Assembly: GCF_009914755.1 (NCBI RefSeq)
Contig: NC_060928.1
Source of the DNA: the human T2T-CHM13v2.0 reference genome, Homo sapiens
Strand: one strand, 5' to 3'
DNA length: 64,000 nucleotides
Below the pieces are notes generated by a model. It saw only the letters and a list, made by a program, of their open reading frames with translations, had not been told where the DNA came from and searched no databases. The position numbers and the translations under genes were made by a program. Numbering within the stretch: the first letter of the stretch is position 1; the number at the start of each line of letters is the position of its first letter. Of the stretch, positions 57,301 through 64,000 are shown piece by piece.

Positions 57301-58210
57301 CCCAACCTCCATTATGAAACACGAATCAAATCCACATCCTCTGTGCCACACATTGAAATCCTTGCCTTTTTTTAGCTAGTGTGTGTGTCAGCTCTTTTTT
57401 TTCTTTTTTTGTGAACTTGCAGCCTCAGATGTTAGTTAAGTTTTACTATTCTTCAAAAGCATTTATTTGAAAAACATGTGAATGGAAAATGAACATGCTC
57501 AACTAATTAGGATATGCAAATGTGGTTCGGTGGGACTGCTTTTTAAGTGAATCATGCTTATTTGAATACACAAATAAAAGAAAATTTGTTTCAGTAACAA
57601 TCTGGAAGTTAGTTCATGTGGAACAAATAAGGGCTTAAATTATAGGGATTAGCTTTTCAGAATCTACTTTACACTTCACCTTTTTAATAGGAAATGTAGA
57701 CTTGAGCCAGAGGCCCATCTTGTCATTGATGGAGGTTCAGTGAGCCACACAATACTTACCAAGTTCTTGCCCTCATTTAAAGTGAGGACTGAGAAAAGAG
57801 CTTTCTAAAGATTTATTTCTTTCTTTCAAGGCAGTTTATGGGCAAGCAGGTGCAGATCTATAACTATAAACCATAGCCACTTAAAATATTTTTCTAGTAA
57901 AAAATATTTTAAATCATGGACTTGAAAAGCAATACTTTGTTCATGATGCAGAAAGAACCACAAGTTATGCTAAAAGAAAGAAATCACATAAAAGAAAGGG
58001 AAAAACACATTAAAACGATAAAAAGAAATCAAGTCAAATGATGTATGGAGGAAATGGATTTGAGGATATTTCAAGACCCGAGACTACATCCCTAAAGAAC
58101 CAATATTATATTTCATATTTAGGATTCATTTTACAAAGATAAGGATTGGGACTTATCAAGTCATGGTTAAATCAAGGAAAGAATCAAAGTGGTTGAAAAT
58201 GTTAGTCTAG

Positions 58211-60594
<2,384 letters not shown>

Positions 60595-63149
60595 CAGAAG
60601 GCTAGAAGAATACTTAGGAGTCTACTGCAATAATCTAGATAAAAGAAAATTGGGTAATAATCAAATTTCAGAAAGGGAATCTATACAACTAGAAAGAATA
60701 GAAGGTGAGAATGACTACAAGGTTATCTGGGGTAATGGAACTCATTCTCATAAGTTTGTTAGTTTGGCTGATGTGGAGAAGAGGAGATGGTGTTTCAGGG
60801 GAGACCTAATCAAAACACCATCTTGATTTTGCACTGATCAAGAGACTATCTAGCTCTGATAACTATTGCTAGTATGAGAATTGCCAAATTCTTTAATCCA
60901 TGTAGACTGTTTGGCATAATTTCCATCACACCTTTGAATTTTCTGATGGAGATACATGCATAAAAACAAGGCCAGCTACGGTTGTTACTTGTCACTGGAT
61001 CAGATTAGGTTTAAACCCTTATGTGGAAACCTACCATATGACATGTCTGAACCAATGGGATTCTTTTTGCCTGCATTAATGGTAGGCCTAATCTGCTTAC
61101 ATGACTATGCCTTTATTTGGATTTACACTTAAAATGTCTCAAAGTGGAAACCTGTCCTGAATGGTAATCATTCCCAGGCTTGTCTCATCATGTCAACCAC
61201 AGGTAGTTCCAAAGAGAGAATTAGAACATAAAATGAACAACAAAAACAAAAATCAGACCCAAATAAGTGAATGAAGACACATTGACAAATGGCTTCGAGA
61301 GCCTTTTAACACTTTTTTTTGTTATCAGAACAGAACTTCCAATAGTAGCACCGTGAATTAATGCTTGATCTTCATTCTTTCACAGATTCTTTCTCTTAGG
61401 TATCCTGAGGGGCTTCCCTTCAGGAACCAGAGGACTAGTGATGGGTTGAGAAGCCTTAGGGTCTAAGCTAAAACTATAATGTATTGTTCTACCCCAGGCA
61501 ACTGGGAAGAGGAAAGCCAGAAGTACAAGGACAGCTTATAGTTGTTTAAAAGTTTTCAAGGTAAAGCTCAGCAGTGGGTTTGAGAAGAAGACACAGCCAG
61601 AGACAGGTATAATCAAGTTAGAAAGGCATCAAAGAGAAGTGAGCAAGTTTCCTGAAAATAAACATAAGTGGAGACATAGGATTTGCACCATTTAAATGCC
61701 AGAGCAAGGACCATAGAATTTTAGACAGGCTTAAATGTAGAAATTAAGGAAAAAACTTAGAACATAGAGATATCATTTGAACTCAAGGTAGAGTTTCAAG
61801 AAATCATTCTACATTTGATATGTTTCCATGACATTCATATAGAAATTCCAACACTAAAATAAAAACAAGCATATGAAATGTAAAAAGTAAAATTTAAATG
61901 GTAGATGTAGGGTTAAGAATTATTCATAGATGATAGAGGACATAGAAATGAATGACGTTGAGTGGAAAAAGAAAAAAATTATATATTTTATTTCTGTCTA
62001 ATAGGATATGGATTGTATATTATATTTTAATCATTTATCTGAGCATGACTGAAAAAAAAAGAAATCCCTAATCCTTGGTTTAGGGATTAGCATATAGATA
62101 TAGCTCTCTGCACACTGGGAATTCTGTGGTGATGAATATATAATTCTACACGCAGTCAATCATACTAAAATAATAGGGATAGGGAAATGGGTGTAGACCC
62201 AATCTTAAACCTTACCTGCAAAATTGGGTGCTAAATGGGCATTTAGGGTTTTAAATGTATATATATATATATAAATTCGAAGTAATGATCAGAGAAGAAC
62301 AACACTTTAATTCTACTGTGTCCCAGACCAGTAGATGAGCTCAATATGTATTCCTGTGCAGCAAACTCAGGATTTTCAGAGCACCATAAAAGCTTTTTAT
62401 TGTACACTCCAATGCTGTCATCCGCAGTTAGCTAACAAATATGATAGGTTTTTAATATAATCCACTCCGTCTTTGCCAGTGCTCCTTGTATGTTACATCA
62501 TCTTTATACGGGCCAAGAGTTTGTTTTCCCCAGATGGCCTTCGTGAAGCTGCTGACAGCCCTTCTGACTGAGAAACTGTAGAACAGCAATCTTCCAATTC
62601 ATTTAGTACTACTGACAAAGAGAGAGCTGTTGATATCCTGATGCAAAAGCACTCTATCAGGCATTACATAGTGTCTGTGTTCTCAGCATGTTTTGGGCGT
62701 GATAAGTCATAGCACATGCTTTTTGACATCTTTCTGCATTTCACTGCTGTGTAGAGTTTCCTGGAGTTGAAATCAGGGTGACAGAATGTAAAAAGCCAAG
62801 TGTGACATCATCAGCAACTGGTAGCAGTCACTGTATCATAAATAATACTTTGCAGACGTGTCAAAAATTAAGTTGCAAGAAGTTCATCATAATTTCTTTG
62901 AAGAAAATTTGAAATACATGGTTTTACTTATTTCCACACACCGATTTTACCCAAGTAGAGATGAAGTACAGAAATATCTTTAACTTAATGTTTTGTATTA
63001 AGTTAAAGGAAAAACCATTTGGTGAGTCTGCTCAGCGAATGGGCTAGAGTTTTTGTTGTTTTTTTTTTTAAACAATTGAAAAAAAATTGTTTTTTGTCTT
63101 TTTTATAAATAGTTTTTTCCTTTAAAGTGAGATCACATATCAGTGACTA

Positions 63150-63460
63150 TAGGTCCCACAAAGCAATGGGTGGCACTGCACAGGAGGTGGCTCTGCTGCG
63201 GATGGAATGTCTCCTGATTATGATTACGTCTTGGTATTAATAAGGACGGCAGCTGCAGCAATCTGTTCAATTTTATGCAAATTAGCTCTGGCCCTCTGGC
63301 TTCTGGCTGGTGGCCAAGACAGCCTTTGGCTGGGTAAAGTTAGGATTTATGCTTTATTCTACTGCTGCAAAGGTTTATTTAATTATCTGTATTTATTTAA
63401 AGCAGAACAGTACAAAGCAATTCTGCATTTTGGTCAACTTTGTGATGGCTGAATTGTGTG
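63150..63460. promoter_or_regulatory. Candidate enhancer in non-repetitive DNA
   Basis: Octamer ATGCAAAT at 63275-63282, NFI-like TGGC-N5-GCCAA at 63304-63317, E-box CAGCTG at 63250-63255, retained CpGs. Confidence 0.35.
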
Positions 63461-64000
63461 GGATTTCCCACCCACCCACAAGCTAGTTTGAATCATTGAA
63501 TACATGAATCATCTAATATGTCCCTAAAGAATAAGAAGGGTTGACTCTTCTCATTACTTTCTTTGGTAATAAAGGGCTCAAGGTGATTTCTCCTCACTGT
63601 ACTTTGAAGGCCTGTGAAATCAAATAATGCAGAATAGCTGACATAGTAAAACTTCACTAGCTGGAATTAGGTGAGGGAGACCACCTGAATAAAGGAACAT
63701 TATATAATATTTGTAAAGAAATGCATAACTACTATTTCCAAATATGTATACCTAACAACCCAAAAGGATCTAGCAAGCTATGGTCAAGCAGGTATTCTCC
63801 TATGCCTGTTTTCATGTATCCATATAATTATTTGTAATTATCTCAATTTTTATATATCTGCTATGTAAAATATTTAAAATAATTTTTTATCGTGTATGAA
63901 TTAATTATTCCCTTTACAGGTTTATAGTAAAGCTAATTGGTGTGACAAACTGATTTTTTACTGAAGAGTATATACAGGAACTTGAGCTCAGCTCATGTCT

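Overview
AT-rich primate (hominid-like) genomic DNA with no recognisable host protein-coding exon, RNA gene or CRISPR array; most likely a large intron or intergenic region. It is dominated by retroelements: two full-length but disabled L1PA elements (506-6527; 41436-47646), three 5'-truncated young L1PA copies, an L1PA17-like copy (these six all on +), an internally deleted old L1M on -, eight Alus, MaLR/ERVL LTRs, hAT MITEs (MER1A, MER58A), and L2/MIR relics. Subfamily names and consensus comparisons are from memory, not from a database search. Highlights: (1) neighbouring L1 copies of different subfamilies share many non-consensus, non-CpG substitutions, suggesting local gene conversion between L1s; (2) the first L1 keeps an intact antisense ORF0 with both splice donors; (3) the two full-length L1s lie on either side of the ZNF93-escape deletion; (4) an Alu and a full-length L1 sit inside one TSD; (5) a candidate minus-strand exon/promoter at 26.3-26.6 kb and enhancer-like unique DNA at 62.4-63.5 kb.
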